A stretch of 64,000 nt of DNA from an uncultured Chloroflexia bacterium (GCA_963829155.1 CAWHIA010000012.1:140357-204356), one strand, 5' to 3'. Numbered from the stretch's first letter, positions 21,711-31,835 are shown. The notes: generated by a model from the letters alone, not told the origin. Numbers and translations are program-made.

Positions 21711-22351
21711 CGCAGCGACGGCTGGTGGTCGTCTCCGCGGGGCTGAGCCAGCCCTCGTCGACGCGGCTGCTCGCCGACCGACTGGCGGCCGCGACCACGG
21801 GCGCGCTCGCCGACGCCGGCGTCGACAGCCGGCTCGAGGTCGTCGAGCTGCGCGACCACGCGCGGGCCCTGGTCGACCACCTGCTGACGGGCTTCCCGAG
21901 CCCGGACCTGCGCACCGCCATCGATCACGTGCTCGCCGCCGACGGCCTGGTCGCGGTCAGCCCGATCTTCAACGCCTCGTACAGCGGCCTGTTCAAGCTG
22001 TTCTTCGACGTCCTCGAGCGCGAATCGCTCGACGGGGTCCCGGTGCTGATCGGGGCGACCGGCGGGACCATCCGCCACTCGCTCGCGCTGGACCACGCCC
22101 TGCGGCCGCTGTTCGCCTACCTCGGCGCGCTCGTCGTCCCGACCGGCGTGTATGCGGCCGCCGAGGACTGGGGCCAGGCCGACGACGCCCACGAGGCGCT
22201 GGCCGGACGGATCCGGCGCGCCGGGGCCGAGCTCGCGACGGCGATGGCCGCCATGCCGCGCTCCGCGGTCGCCGACCCGTTCGAAGCCCCGCCCGACTTC
22301 GCCAGCCTGCTGCGCAGTTCGTCCACACCAGAGCCCGGGCTCGACGACTGA
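21707..22351 (+). CDS. NAD(P)H-dependent FMN reductase (CE1759-like partner of upstream LLM)
   Basis: MTQRRLVVVSAGLSQPSSTRLLADRL flavodoxin-like N-terminus; ATGA coupling. Confidence 0.8.
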   Translation: MTQRRLVVVSAGLSQPSSTRLLADRLAAATTGALADAGVDSRLEVVELRDHARALVDHLLTGFPSPDLRTAIDHVLAADGLVAVSPIFNASYSGLFKLFFDVLERESLDGVPVLIGATGGTIRHSLALDHALRPLFAYLGALVVPTGVYAAAEDWGQADDAHEALAGRIRRAGAELATAMAAMPRSAVADPFEAPPDFASLLRSSSTPEPGLDD

Positions 22352-22472
22352 CTCGGGCCTGCAACGCTCGCTCGCGCCCGGCGGAAGGGACCTGCACGCC
22401 GTTCGCGGCTAGGCTGACGGCCGGGCCTTATCCGCCGTCCCGCGGGCAGGGTCGCTGCCAGGAGGCGAAGCC

Positions 22473-23114
22473 ATGCGCACGATCACGGTCAGCAACAGCG
22501 TCACCCTCGACGGCGTGATGCAGGCACCGGGCCGACCCGACGAGGACCGCCGCGGCGGCTTCGCGCACGGTGGCTGGGCCAACCCGTACTTCGACCCGGT
22601 GATGATCGAGTCGGCCGGCGTGGAGATGGGCCGCGGCACGGAGATGCTGTTCGGCCGCCGGACCTACGACGACTTCGCCGCCGTCTGGCCGAACATGCCC
22701 GCGGACAACCCGTTCACGAAGGTCCTCAACGAGGCCCGGAAGCACGTCGTCTCGAACAGCCTGTCGGAGCCACTGTCCTGGACCAACTCCGCGCTCCTGC
22801 GGGGCAAGGCCGTGGACACCGTCCGGGCCCTCAAGGCCGGGGACGGACCGGACCTCGTGATCCTCGGCAGCGGCGAGCTGCTGCGCTCACTGATGCGCCA
22901 CGACCTCATCGACGAGATCCGGCTGCTGATCCACCCGCTGGTGCTCGGGTCGGGACGAAAGATGTTCGACGACAACCTGCCGCTGACCCGCTTCAAGCTG
23001 ACGGGCTCGCAACCCACGACGACGGGCGTGATCATCGCGCGCTACCAGCTCACGCAGGCCTCGCCGTCGGGCGCCGGCGCGCAGCCGCCGCAGGAGGCCG
23101 TCGCGCAGCGGTAG
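22473..23114 (+). CDS. dihydrofolate reductase family protein (RibD C-terminal domain-like)
   Basis: CAGGAGG RBS; MRTITVSNSVTLDGVMQAPG and DLVILGSGELLRSL motifs. Confidence 0.8.
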   Translation: MRTITVSNSVTLDGVMQAPGRPDEDRRGGFAHGGWANPYFDPVMIESAGVEMGRGTEMLFGRRTYDDFAAVWPNMPADNPFTKVLNEARKHVVSNSLSEPLSWTNSALLRGKAVDTVRALKAGDGPDLVILGSGELLRSLMRHDLIDEIRLLIHPLVLGSGRKMFDDNLPLTRFKLTGSQPTTTGVIIARYQLTQASPSGAGAQPPQEAVAQR

Positions 23115-23246
23115 CGTCGAAGGCATTGCCATGCGCGGACGCGCCGGTTCCTCCGGGTGCGCCTCGGCAGCGTAGAGTGACCGCCTGCGGTGGACCGGAC
23201 GAGAGATGGCCGGCCGCCCGCAGGTGGTCGCGAGGGCCCGGTGGCG

Positions 23247-25439
23247 ATGACGGAACAGCCCGCAGCGGGCGAGGGACAGCTGGCAGACGGCGCAAGCACG
23301 CCCCCCGTCAGGATCGTCCCGGAGTGGCTCGAGAACCTCGCGGCGCTCGGATGGCGCGTGTTCGTCATCGCCGCCCTCGCGGTGGTGCTGTGGTTCCTGG
23401 CGTCCGTGCTGTGGGTGGTCACCGCGTCGATCCTCGTGGCCATCGTGATCGCCGCCTTCTTCGCGCCATACGCCCTTCGACTCCGTGCGCGCGGTCGCTC
23501 CCGGACCGCGGCGGCGGCGATCGTGTGGGTGGCGGCGCTCGCCATCGTGGGCGGCGCGCTGCTGCTCCTCGGGCTGGCCATGCTCCCCTACCTCGTCGAG
23601 TTGGTGCGCGACCTCGACACCGCCGTGCAACGGCTCCAGGCCGATCTCGCCGCCCTGAACATCCCGCCGGTGGTCGCGACGGTCGTCCACGACCTGGTCG
23701 GCGTCACGCGCGACGTGACCGGGGCGTTCACTGGCCAGATCGCCGACAACGCGGCGGGCGTGGTGACGGTGGGCATCCTCGGCGCCTTCCTGGTGTTCTT
23801 CTTCCTGCGCGACGGCGACAAGGCGTGGATCTGGATCTTCCAGGCCGCGAGCGACCAGAAGCGCGAGCGGATCACGGCCGCCGGTGACGATGCACTGTGG
23901 CGAGTCGGGGGCTATCTCCGCGGCACCACGATCCTCTCCGCGGCGATCGCCGTCACCGACTACGTGTTCATGGTCGTGCTCGGCGTCCCGCTTGCGCTGC
24001 CGCTGGCGATGCTCGCGTTCTTCAGCGGCTATATCCCCTACTTCGGCGGGTTCGTCGCCACCGGGATCATCGTCATCGTGACGTACGGTGCGGTCGGGGG
24101 CGGGGCCGTCGTCGCGCTGCTGGTGCTGATCGGGATCCGGAACGCCATCCTCGGCTACGGTGTCAGGCCGGCGGTCTACGGCAAGAGCGTCCACATCCAC
24201 CCGGCGATGGTCCTCGTGGTCCTGCCGGCAGGCTACGAGCTCGCGGGCGTGATCGGCCTGTTCGCCGCGGTGCCGGTCGCCGCGATCGTGTTCGCCGTCG
24301 CGGGCGCGACCATCGCGATCCTCGATCCCGGGCCGCGGCCCGAGCTGCCCGCCCTGGTGCCGTCCTGGCTCGATCGGGTCGCGGCCTGGAGCTGGCGGAT
24401 CCTCGTCGCCGTCGGGCTCGCCGCGCTGTTCATCGCGATCGTCGTGGCGATGCCGCTCGTACTCATCCCGGTCGTCCTCGCGCTGATCCTCGCGGCGACC
24501 CTCGATCCACTGGTCCTGCGGCTGATCCGGCGAGGCCGATCGCGGACGGTCGCCGCGGCGATCGCCGTCGGCGGTGGGTTCCTCATCATCCTCGCGGTCC
24601 TCGCGATCACGGTCGTCTCGCTCGTGACCCAGGCCACCGACGTCCAGGCGGCTGCGGCTTCCGGAGCGGACTCGACGAGCGCCGCGCTTGGGGGTCAGCT
24701 CGAACTGGTCAAGCAGGCGGTCACGGGCGGCGGGAACGTCGTCCTGGGTGTCATCCACAGCACGCAGGTCGCGGCTCAGCTCGGCGTGATCGTGATCCTC
24801 AGCGTCCTGCTTGCCTTCTACTTCCTCGCGGACGGCGGAAAGCTATGGGCGAACGCCTTGCGCCGCGTCCGGCGGGACGTCGCCCCAGAGGTCGATGCTG
24901 CCGGCAGCCGGGCGTTCACGGTGCTCGGTGGATACATGGTCGGGACCGGGGCAATCTCGTTCGTCGGAGCGGCCAGCCAGTTCGTGATCATGGTTGTGCT
25001 GGGCATCCCGCTTGCGTTGCCGGTGTTCGTCCTGTCGTTCTTCCTGTGCTTCATCCCCTACATCGGGGGCTTCATCTCGACCGGGATCGCCTTCCTCATC
25101 ACGGTCGCGGTCGGATCGCCCGTCGATATCGCGGTCATGATCGTGTGGACGCTCGTGTTCAACATCGTGACGGGCAACATCGTCACGCCGCTCGTCTACG
25201 GACGGATGGTCCACCTCCACCCTGCCATCGTGCTGGTCGCCATCCCAGGAGGAGCGGCGATCGCCGGGATCATGGGAATGTTCATCGTCGTGCCCGTGAT
25301 GGCGGTGGTCGCCTCGACCTGGCGCACCGTCCTCTCGGTGATCGGCACCCGCCGCAAGCCGGTCGTGCCGGAGCCGCCTGACATGGAGGCGCGTCCGGCC
25401 CTCCTGGACACGGCGGCGGCCTCGCCCGAGCCTGCCTGA
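23247..25439 (+). CDS. tandem-duplicated AI-2E (PerM/YhhT) family transporter
   Basis: Two complete AI-2E domains (about 370 aa each) in one ORF; second half starts near SWLDRVAAWSWRILVAVG mirroring EWLENLAALGWRVFVIAA; start MTEQPAAGE (ORF extends to 23190). Confidence 0.8.
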   Translation: MTEQPAAGEGQLADGASTPPVRIVPEWLENLAALGWRVFVIAALAVVLWFLASVLWVVTASILVAIVIAAFFAPYALRLRARGRSRTAAAAIVWVAALAIVGGALLLLGLAMLPYLVELVRDLDTAVQRLQADLAALNIPPVVATVVHDLVGVTRDVTGAFTGQIADNAAGVVTVGILGAFLVFFFLRDGDKAWIWIFQAASDQKRERITAAGDDALWRVGGYLRGTTILSAAIAVTDYVFMVVLGVPLALPLAMLAFFSGYIPYFGGFVATGIIVIVTYGAVGGGAVVALLVLIGIRNAILGYGVRPAVYGKSVHIHPAMVLVVLPAGYELAGVIGLFAAVPVAAIVFAVAGATIAILDPGPRPELPALVPSWLDRVAAWSWRILVAVGLAALFIAIVVAMPLVLIPVVLALILAATLDPLVLRLIRRGRSRTVAAAIAVGGGFLIILAVLAITVVSLVTQATDVQAAAASGADSTSAALGGQLELVKQAVTGGGNVVLGVIHSTQVAAQLGVIVILSVLLAFYFLADGGKLWANALRRVRRDVAPEVDAAGSRAFTVLGGYMVGTGAISFVGAASQFVIMVVLGIPLALPVFVLSFFLCFIPYIGGFISTGIAFLITVAVGSPVDIAVMIVWTLVFNIVTGNIVTPLVYGRMVHLHPAIVLVAIPGGAAIAGIMGMFIVVPVMAVVASTWRTVLSVIGTRRKPVVPEPPDMEARPALLDTAAASPEPA

Positions 25440-25524
25440 CGGATCCGGCGCCCGCCGTTCCGGCGTATGGTCGGGTGGGGAACGGGCGTTCCCGAACGAC
25501 ACACGGCTCAGCGGAGACATCGTC

Positions 25525-25716
25525 ATGCGCGCGTCACGACTCATCATCGCCCTGCTCGTCGCCCTCGTCGGCCTCGCCTGGATCGGTCAGGGCACCGGCA
25601 TCATCGGCGGCAGCGCCATGAGCGGCAGCTCCTTCTGGGCGATCGTCGGCCTCGTCCTGATCGTCGTCGCCGGCGTCATCGCGGCGCGGGAGTGGCGGCT
25701 CTCGACCAGCCGCTGA
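25525..25716 (+). CDS. small two-helix membrane protein (63 aa)
   Basis: GGAGA RBS 8 nt upstream; two hydrophobic helices. Confidence 0.5.
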   Translation: MRASRLIIALLVALVGLAWIGQGTGIIGGSAMSGSSFWAIVGLVLIVVAGVIAAREWRLSTSR

Positions 25717-25908
25717 GGTCGCCATCCCCCCGCGGGGCCTCTAGGGCACCCGCCCCGGCTCATCGCTCGCGATCGCGGCCCGGACAGCGCAACCGCGCGC
25801 GACCGCGGCGTGTTCTTCCCTGTGACGGGACGGCCGGCTGACCGGGCGTTCGCGAAGGACGCCGCAGGCGTGGAAGGATGGGTCGATGCGACGAGCGAGG
25901 GTGCCCCG

Positions 25909-26835
25909 GTGACGCGGCGCGGGCTGATCCTGTTCCTCTCGATGGCGATCATCTGGGGCATCCCGTACCTGTTCATCCGGGTCGCGGTCGCCGAGATCTC
26001 GCCGCCGGTGCTGGTGTTCCTGCGGACCCTGATCGCGACGGCGATCCTGCTGCCCGTCGCGCTCCTGCGGATCGACCTCCGGGCGGTGCTCGTCCACTGG
26101 CGCTGGGTGGCGGCCTTCGCCGCGATCGAGATCGCGATCCCGTGGGTCCTCCTCGGTTCGGCCGAGCAGCGCCTCTCGAGCTCGCTCACCGGGCTCCTCA
26201 TCGCCAGCACCCCGCTGATCGGCACGGTGTTCGCCGTGGCCACCGGCGGCACCGACCGCCTGGGCCGGACGGGCGTGTTGGGCCTGCTCGTCGGACTCGC
26301 CGGGGTCCTCGCGATCGTCGGTGGCGACTTCGCGACCACGGACGCCCTGGCCGTCGTGCAGGTGCTGCTCGTCGCCGTCTGCTACGCAATCGGGCCCGCG
26401 ATCCTCGCCCGCCGGCTGGGCGGCGTGCCGTCGCTCGGGATCATGGCGCTCTCGCTGGCCGGCTCGGCCCTGCTGTACGCGCCCGTCGCGGTGCTCCAGT
26501 GGCCCGCCGCACCGCTGTCGACCAACGTCATCGTGTCGGTCGTGGTCCTCGGGACGATCTGCACGGCCGCCGCGTTCATCCTGTTCGCGGCACTGATCGG
26601 CGAGATCGGCCCCGTGCGCGCGACCGTGATCACGTACATCAACCCGGCCGTGGCCGCGATCCTCGGTGTCGCGGTCCTGCAGGAGACGTTCACGCCGGCG
26701 ATGGGCGTCGGGCTGGCCCTCGTCGTGCTCGGCTCCGCGCTCGCCACTCGGCGTCCGCAGACGATCGAGGCGGCGCCTGACCCCGCGGTCGCTGCGCTCG
26801 CAAAGGTCCCCGAGCCGGCAACCGAGGCCGGCTAG
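25909..26835 (+). CDS. DMT (EamA-like) family transporter
   Basis: 10-TM profile with duplicated EamA halves; start uncertain (GTG 25909 with GAGGG upstream, or ATG 25810). Confidence 0.75.
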   Translation: MTRRGLILFLSMAIIWGIPYLFIRVAVAEISPPVLVFLRTLIATAILLPVALLRIDLRAVLVHWRWVAAFAAIEIAIPWVLLGSAEQRLSSSLTGLLIASTPLIGTVFAVATGGTDRLGRTGVLGLLVGLAGVLAIVGGDFATTDALAVVQVLLVAVCYAIGPAILARRLGGVPSLGIMALSLAGSALLYAPVAVLQWPAAPLSTNVIVSVVVLGTICTAAAFILFAALIGEIGPVRATVITYINPAVAAILGVAVLQETFTPAMGVGLALVVLGSALATRRPQTIEAAPDPAVAALAKVPEPATEAG

Positions 26836-26859
26836 CGCGACGCCTGCGTCAGCGGTGCC

Positions 26860-27057
26860 CTACCAGGGCCGCTCCCACAGGTAGACCTCGCCGCAGGCGC
26901 ACAGGTACGTCCAGCGCTCGACCCGCTCGGCGCCCAGCGGCTGGACCACCGTCGGCGTGCGGTCCCGCTCGGCGCGCAGGGTCCCGTTCGGGTGACGGTG
27001 CCAGACCGTGGGGAACTGCTTGGGACCGGACTTGACCTCGACCACCCACTCTGCCAT
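26860..27057 (-). CDS. small conserved hypothetical protein (65 aa, CxC motif)
   Basis: Non-repetitive protein-like ORF immediately downstream of trkA in same orientation. Confidence 0.45.
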   Translation of the reverse strand: MAEWVVEVKSGPKQFPTVWHRHPNGTLRAERDRTPTVVQPLGAERVERWTYLCACGEVYLWERPW

Positions 27058-27084
27058 GCGGCCGATAATAGAACATCCGTTCGA

Positions 27085-27723
27085 CTATTGGGCGAGAACC
27101 CGGAAGCGTGCCTCCGGCCCGACGATCAGGGCGCTATCGCCGGCCTCGACGATCGTGTCGGGCGCCGGGTTGATCACGACCTGGTCGCCGCGGTGGAGAG
27201 CGACGATGCGCGAGTCGGCCGCCCCGTGCGCGAGGTCGCCGACCCGGCGGCCGACCGTCGCCGACCCGAGGCGCAGGTGGACCGCCGCGACGTCGGCGGT
27301 GAGCCGGATGAAATCGAGCGCACCGGCGAGGTCGATCGTGTGGGCGACCCAGGTCGCGACCTGGTGGTCCGTGTAGATGACACGGCTGGCCCCGACGCGG
27401 CGCAGGATCTCCCCGTCGAGCTCGCTCGCGGCCCGGGCGAGGATGACCTTGGCGCCCGAGCGCTCGAGGATCATCGTCGCGAGGATCGTGGCCGACGGGT
27501 CGATCGCGACCACGGTCACGTCGAAGTCGGCCGCCCCGACCTCCCGGACCGCGTCTTCGTCGGTCGCGTCCATCTCGAACACCTGGGTGAGCCGGTCCGC
27601 GTGATCAGCGACCACACGGGGATCGCGGTCGCAGCCCATGACCTCGTGGCCCAGCCCCGAGAGCTCGCTGGCGACGATGCTGCCGAACGTGCCCAGCCCG
27701 ATGACCAGGATCTGCTGGCCCAT
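27085..27723 (-). CDS. trkA: TrkA/KtrA family potassium uptake regulatory protein
   Basis: ILVIGLGTFGS Rossmann (TrkA-N) plus TrkA-C domain. Confidence 0.9.
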   Translation of the reverse strand: MGQQILVIGLGTFGSIVASELSGLGHEVMGCDRDPRVVADHADRLTQVFEMDATDEDAVREVGAADFDVTVVAIDPSATILATMILERSGAKVILARAASELDGEILRRVGASRVIYTDHQVATWVAHTIDLAGALDFIRLTADVAAVHLRLGSATVGRRVGDLAHGAADSRIVALHRGDQVVINPAPDTIVEAGDSALIVGPEARFRVLAQ

Positions 27724-27746
27724 TCACTCCTCCTCGCGCGTCGCCA

Positions 27747-29132
27747 TCAGCCGACGCGCACAGTCTGCTCCGGCAACCGGATCGAGTCGTGCCGGTCGTC
27801 CCGCCCGAACAACAGGATCACGAGGGCGATCGGACCCACTCGCCCGAGGAACATCAGCGCCGCCAGCACGAGGCTGGTCGCGTCCTCGTGGCTCGGCGTC
27901 CCGGCCAGCGACAGGCCCACGGTGCCGAACGCGGACACCGTCTCGAACAGCGCGGGGCCGCTGCGGAAGCCGCCCGTCGCCGACACCGCGAATACGCCCA
28001 CGAGCACCGCGAACGACGACACCATCAGCACCGCGACCGCACGCGCGATCGTGTCGACCGCGATCCGCCGCCCGAACGCCTCCGGCTCCGAGCGGCGCCC
28101 AGCGGTCGCGAGGACCACGAGGATCAGCACGGCGAGGGTGTTGACCTTGATCCCGCCGCCGGTGGACCCTGAGGCCGAGCCGATGAACATCAGGATCGTC
28201 GTCACGGTGTCGGACTCCGGACGCATCGCCCGCATGTCGAGGGCCGAGAAGCCGGCGCTCCGGGGCGTGATCGAAGCGAACAGCGAGTTCACCAGCTTGT
28301 CGACCAGCCCGAGCGGCCCGAGCGTCCGCGGGTTCGTCCACTCGACCAGCCCCAGGACGACGGCGCCGGCGGCGATCAGGACGGCCGTCGCGACGACGAC
28401 GAGCTTGGTCTCGACGGCGAGCGGCCGCCAGCGCCGGTGCCGGCCCAGGTCGCCCGCGATGACGAAGCCGAAGCCGCCGATCACGATCAGGACGGCGGTC
28501 GTCAGCAGGATCAGGGGCTGGCTTGCGAACACGGTGAACCCGCGCTCGCGCCCGACCAGGTCGAAGCCGGCGTTGTTGAACGCGCTGGTCGAATAGAAGA
28601 TCGACTGCCACGCGTTTTCCGCGAGACCTTGCCGGGGGCCGGTCAGGGCGAGCAGCACCACGAAGACGATCGCGCCAACGACCTGGATGGCCAGGGCGAA
28701 CAGGACCGCGCGGCGGACGATGTCGCGGGCGCTCCCGAGCGACCCACCGAACGTGTCGATGACCGTCGCCCGCGACGCCAGCGACGCCCGCCGGCCGAGC
28801 AGGACCGCGAGCGTCGTCGACGCCATGATCCCCAGGCCGCCGATCGTGATCAGCGCGGCGATCGCGAGCTCGCCCCAGAACGACCAGTGGTCGGCCGTGT
28901 CCACGACCACGAGGCCCGTGTCGGAGGCGGCGGACACCGACGTGAACAGCGCGTCGACCGGCGAGGTCCAGGTCCCGCGCTCGCTCGCGATCGGGGTGAC
29001 GAGGAACAGCGTCCCGATCGCGATCAGCGTCGAGAACCCGACGAGGATGGCGAGGGCGGCGCGGACGGCCGTCGGCCGCCGGCGCCGGCGGACGACCGGT
29101 GACGACGGCGCGATGTCCCCGGCGTCGTCCAT
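27747..29132 (-). CDS. trkH: TrkH/KtrB family potassium uptake protein
   Basis: Start MDDAGDIAPS (ATG 29132); repeated pore-loop GFS/GGS/GTVG motifs. Confidence 0.9.
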   Translation of the reverse strand: MDDAGDIAPSSPVVRRRRRPTAVRAALAILVGFSTLIAIGTLFLVTPIASERGTWTSPVDALFTSVSAASDTGLVVVDTADHWSFWGELAIAALITIGGLGIMASTTLAVLLGRRASLASRATVIDTFGGSLGSARDIVRRAVLFALAIQVVGAIVFVVLLALTGPRQGLAENAWQSIFYSTSAFNNAGFDLVGRERGFTVFASQPLILLTTAVLIVIGGFGFVIAGDLGRHRRWRPLAVETKLVVVATAVLIAAGAVVLGLVEWTNPRTLGPLGLVDKLVNSLFASITPRSAGFSALDMRAMRPESDTVTTILMFIGSASGSTGGGIKVNTLAVLILVVLATAGRRSEPEAFGRRIAVDTIARAVAVLMVSSFAVLVGVFAVSATGGFRSGPALFETVSAFGTVGLSLAGTPSHEDATSLVLAALMFLGRVGPIALVILLFGRDDRHDSIRLPEQTVRVG

Positions 29133-29160
29133 CGCTCGACCCGCGCGACGCTCTCCGGCG

Positions 29161-29910
29161 TCAGCCGGCGAGCGACTCCAGGTACACGGCCGCTGCCGAG
29201 ATGTCCGCGATCTCGTCGCCCGGATCGTCCAGCTCCGCGATGTACCAGTGCACGCGCGCGGCCCGGCCGGCGTCGACGATGCCCGGGAAGTCGAGGACCC
29301 CGGAGCCGGCCGGGACGTCGCGGGACGTCGCATCGGGGGCGCGGTCCTTCATGTGCAGCATCCGCACCCGGTCACGCGCGGCCCGGATCGCGGCGACCGG
29401 GTCCCCGCCACCGATCGAGACCCAGTACACGTCGACCTCGATCTCGATCTCGCTCGGCAGCTCGGACAGCAGGACGTCGAACGCCGTCGTGCCGTCGATC
29501 GGCGCGAACTCGAAGTCGTGGTTGTGGTAGCCGAGGTGGAGGCCGTGGTCCGACAGCGTCTCGGCCAGGCGCCCGAGCTCCGCGGCGAACCGGCGGACCG
29601 ACTCGACCGACCCGCGGTCCGCCTCAGGCATCGAGGGCACGACCACCCGCGGGCAGCCCAGCACCCGCAGCCGCTCCGCGACGCCGTGCGGGTCGGAGCG
29701 CAACCGGTCCATGCCCTCGTGCGAGGCGACGGGCGACAGGCCGGCGTCGTCGAGGTGGCGGGCGAGCTCGTCGGGCGGCAGGTCGGGCAGGCTTGCCAGC
29801 TCCACCGAGCGGTAGCCGACCTCGGCGACGGCGGCGAGCGTTCCTGGGAGGTCCGTGGCGAGCAGCCGGCGGACCGTGTACAGCTGGAGGGCGATCTGGT
29901 CTCGACGCAT
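29161..29910 (-). CDS. sugar phosphate isomerase/epimerase (xylose isomerase-like TIM barrel)
   Basis: IALQLYTVRR..., GYHNHDFEF, IGGGDP motifs; start MRRDQIAL (alternatives upstream to 29967). Confidence 0.75.
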   Translation of the reverse strand: MRRDQIALQLYTVRRLLATDLPGTLAAVAEVGYRSVELASLPDLPPDELARHLDDAGLSPVASHEGMDRLRSDPHGVAERLRVLGCPRVVVPSMPEADRGSVESVRRFAAELGRLAETLSDHGLHLGYHNHDFEFAPIDGTTAFDVLLSELPSEIEIEVDVYWVSIGGGDPVAAIRAARDRVRMLHMKDRAPDATSRDVPAGSGVLDFPGIVDAGRAARVHWYIAELDDPGDEIADISAAAVYLESLAG

Positions 29911-29993
29911 GGGCTGACGGTACGGCATCGGATGTTGTCGGATCGAACCGCGCCCGCAGGCCGGCATACCGTAGGCTCGGCCGCGTGGAACCC

Positions 29994-31067
29994 ATGGGGA
30001 TCGGCATCGTCGGCACCGGCAACATCGCCGGCGGCTACGCCCGCCGCCTCCCGAGCCACCCCGAGGTCCGGCTCGTCGCCGCCACGGATCTCGAGGCGGC
30101 CAAGGCGGCCGCCTTCGGCGAGGCGCACCGCTGCCGGATCCACGCCTCGCTCGACGACCTGCTGGCCGATCCCGCGGTCGACATCGTCGTGAACCTCACG
30201 GTCCAGCAGGCCCACCACGAGGTCACGAAGCGGGCGCTCGAGGCGGCGCGGCACGTCTACAGCGAGAAGCCGATGGCGCTCCGGCCCGATGAGGCCCGCG
30301 AGCTGATCGAGGTCGCCGCGCGTCACGGCGTCCGGCTCGCGTGCGCGCCCGCGACGTTCCTCGGCGAGGCCCAGCAGACCGCTGCGGCGTGGATCCGCGA
30401 CGGACGCCTGGGACCGATCCGCGCCGTCTACGCGGACGTCAGCCACGGGCGGATCGAGACCTGGCACCCGGCGCCGCAGGGGTTCTTCGACGTCGGCGTG
30501 CTGGTCGACGTCGCCGTCTACCCGCTGACGCTGGTCACGACGATGGTCGGGCCGGCGCGGTCCGTGCGGGCGTGGGGCTGGGACCTGCTGCCGGACCGGG
30601 TGACCGTCGACGGGACGCCGTTCCGCATCGGCCGGCCGGACCTGATCGTCGCGGCCGTCGAGCTCGACGGCGGGGCGGTGCTCCGGCTGACGGCCTCGTT
30701 CTACGTCGGCCGGCCGGCCAAGTTTCGCGGCGGCCTCGAGTTCCACGGCGACCAGGGCTCGTTCGCGCTGGGCAACTTCCAGGAGTTCAATGCCTCGGTC
30801 GAAGCGGGACCGTATGACGGCGACTACGCGGCGGTCCCCTGGGTCCGCGAGCCCTTCGCCGGCATCGACTGGGGGCGCGGGGTCGCGGACCTCGCCGCGG
30901 CGATCGCCGAGGACCGGCCCCACCGCGCGTCCGCCGAGCAGGCCGCCCACGTCGTCGACATCCTCGATGCGGCGGCGCGGTCGATGGCGGATGCGGGCCG
31001 GCCGGTCGAGGTCGCGTCGTCGTTCCCCTCGCCCGCGCTGATGCCCTGGGCGGTCATCCGGGACTGA
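29994..31067 (+). CDS. Gfo/Idh/MocA family oxidoreductase
   Basis: MGIGIVGTGNIAGGYARRL Rossmann; EKP motif; divergent from isomerase gene. Confidence 0.85.
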   Translation: MGIGIVGTGNIAGGYARRLPSHPEVRLVAATDLEAAKAAAFGEAHRCRIHASLDDLLADPAVDIVVNLTVQQAHHEVTKRALEAARHVYSEKPMALRPDEARELIEVAARHGVRLACAPATFLGEAQQTAAAWIRDGRLGPIRAVYADVSHGRIETWHPAPQGFFDVGVLVDVAVYPLTLVTTMVGPARSVRAWGWDLLPDRVTVDGTPFRIGRPDLIVAAVELDGGAVLRLTASFYVGRPAKFRGGLEFHGDQGSFALGNFQEFNASVEAGPYDGDYAAVPWVREPFAGIDWGRGVADLAAAIAEDRPHRASAEQAAHVVDILDAAARSMADAGRPVEVASSFPSPALMPWAVIRD

Positions 31068-31088
31068 GCCGATGCCATACTCGGGCTC

Positions 31089-31319
31089 GTGGCGACCGGA
31101 GATCCCGTCCCCGAGACGGTCCGATACGGCAACGGGAACATCAAGTACACGGGCTTCCTGCTCGACGGCGCCATGCACGGCGCGTGGTCGTGGTATCGGA
31201 CGGACGGCTCGCTGATGCGCACCGGCGAGTTCGAGCGTGGACGGCAGGTCGGCACCTGGCGGACGTACGACCGCTCGAACACCGTGGTCAAGAAGACGAC
31301 GTTCCCTTCGGGGTCCTGA
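31089..31319 (+). CDS. MORN-repeat (YwqK-like) small protein
   Basis: GTG start; repeated G..G.W..Y..G motifs. Confidence 0.55.
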   Translation: MATGDPVPETVRYGNGNIKYTGFLLDGAMHGAWSWYRTDGSLMRTGEFERGRQVGTWRTYDRSNTVVKKTTFPSGS

Positions 31320-31399
31320 TCTCGAGGACGCGGGTGGCGGCCCGACCCGTGTCGGGTCCAAGATCGTTCGCGACAGGCGGACACACCGGGAGACGCACA

Positions 31400-31828
31400 T
31401 TGCCGCTTGAGAAGGGCGACCTGCCGTGGAACGAGCGGGTGATCGAGGACTTCCGCGCGAACGGCGGCAAGGTCTCGTTCCCGCCCTACGTCGGCGCCAA
31501 CCTGCTGCTGCTGACCTCGATGGGCGCGAGGTCCGGCGCCCCGCACGTCGCGCCGCTGGGGTTCACGCGGGACGGCGACCGCTACGTCGTCGTGGGCTCG
31601 AACAGCGGGCGGCCCGTGAACGCCGACTGGGTCGCGAACGTGCGCGCGAACGAGGATGTGACCATCGAGGTCGGCACCGAGGCGTTCAACGCGCGCGGCC
31701 GGGTCGAGGAGGGCGCCGAGCGTGACCGGCTGTTCGCGGCCCACGTCGCCGCGCTCCCCCACTTCGCCAAGTACCAGGCCATGACCGAGCGGCCGCTGCC
31801 CGTCGTGACCTTCGACCGGATCCAGTAG
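31400..31828 (+). CDS. nitroreductase-family deazaflavin (F420)-dependent oxidoreductase (DUF385)
   Basis: TTG 31400 with GGAGA RBS; [19 protein letters not shown] and [13 protein letters not shown] motifs. Confidence 0.75.
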   Translation: MPLEKGDLPWNERVIEDFRANGGKVSFPPYVGANLLLLTSMGARSGAPHVAPLGFTRDGDRYVVVGSNSGRPVNADWVANVRANEDVTIEVGTEAFNARGRVEEGAERDRLFAAHVAALPHFAKYQAMTERPLPVVTFDRIQ

Positions 31829-31835
31829 GCCGACC

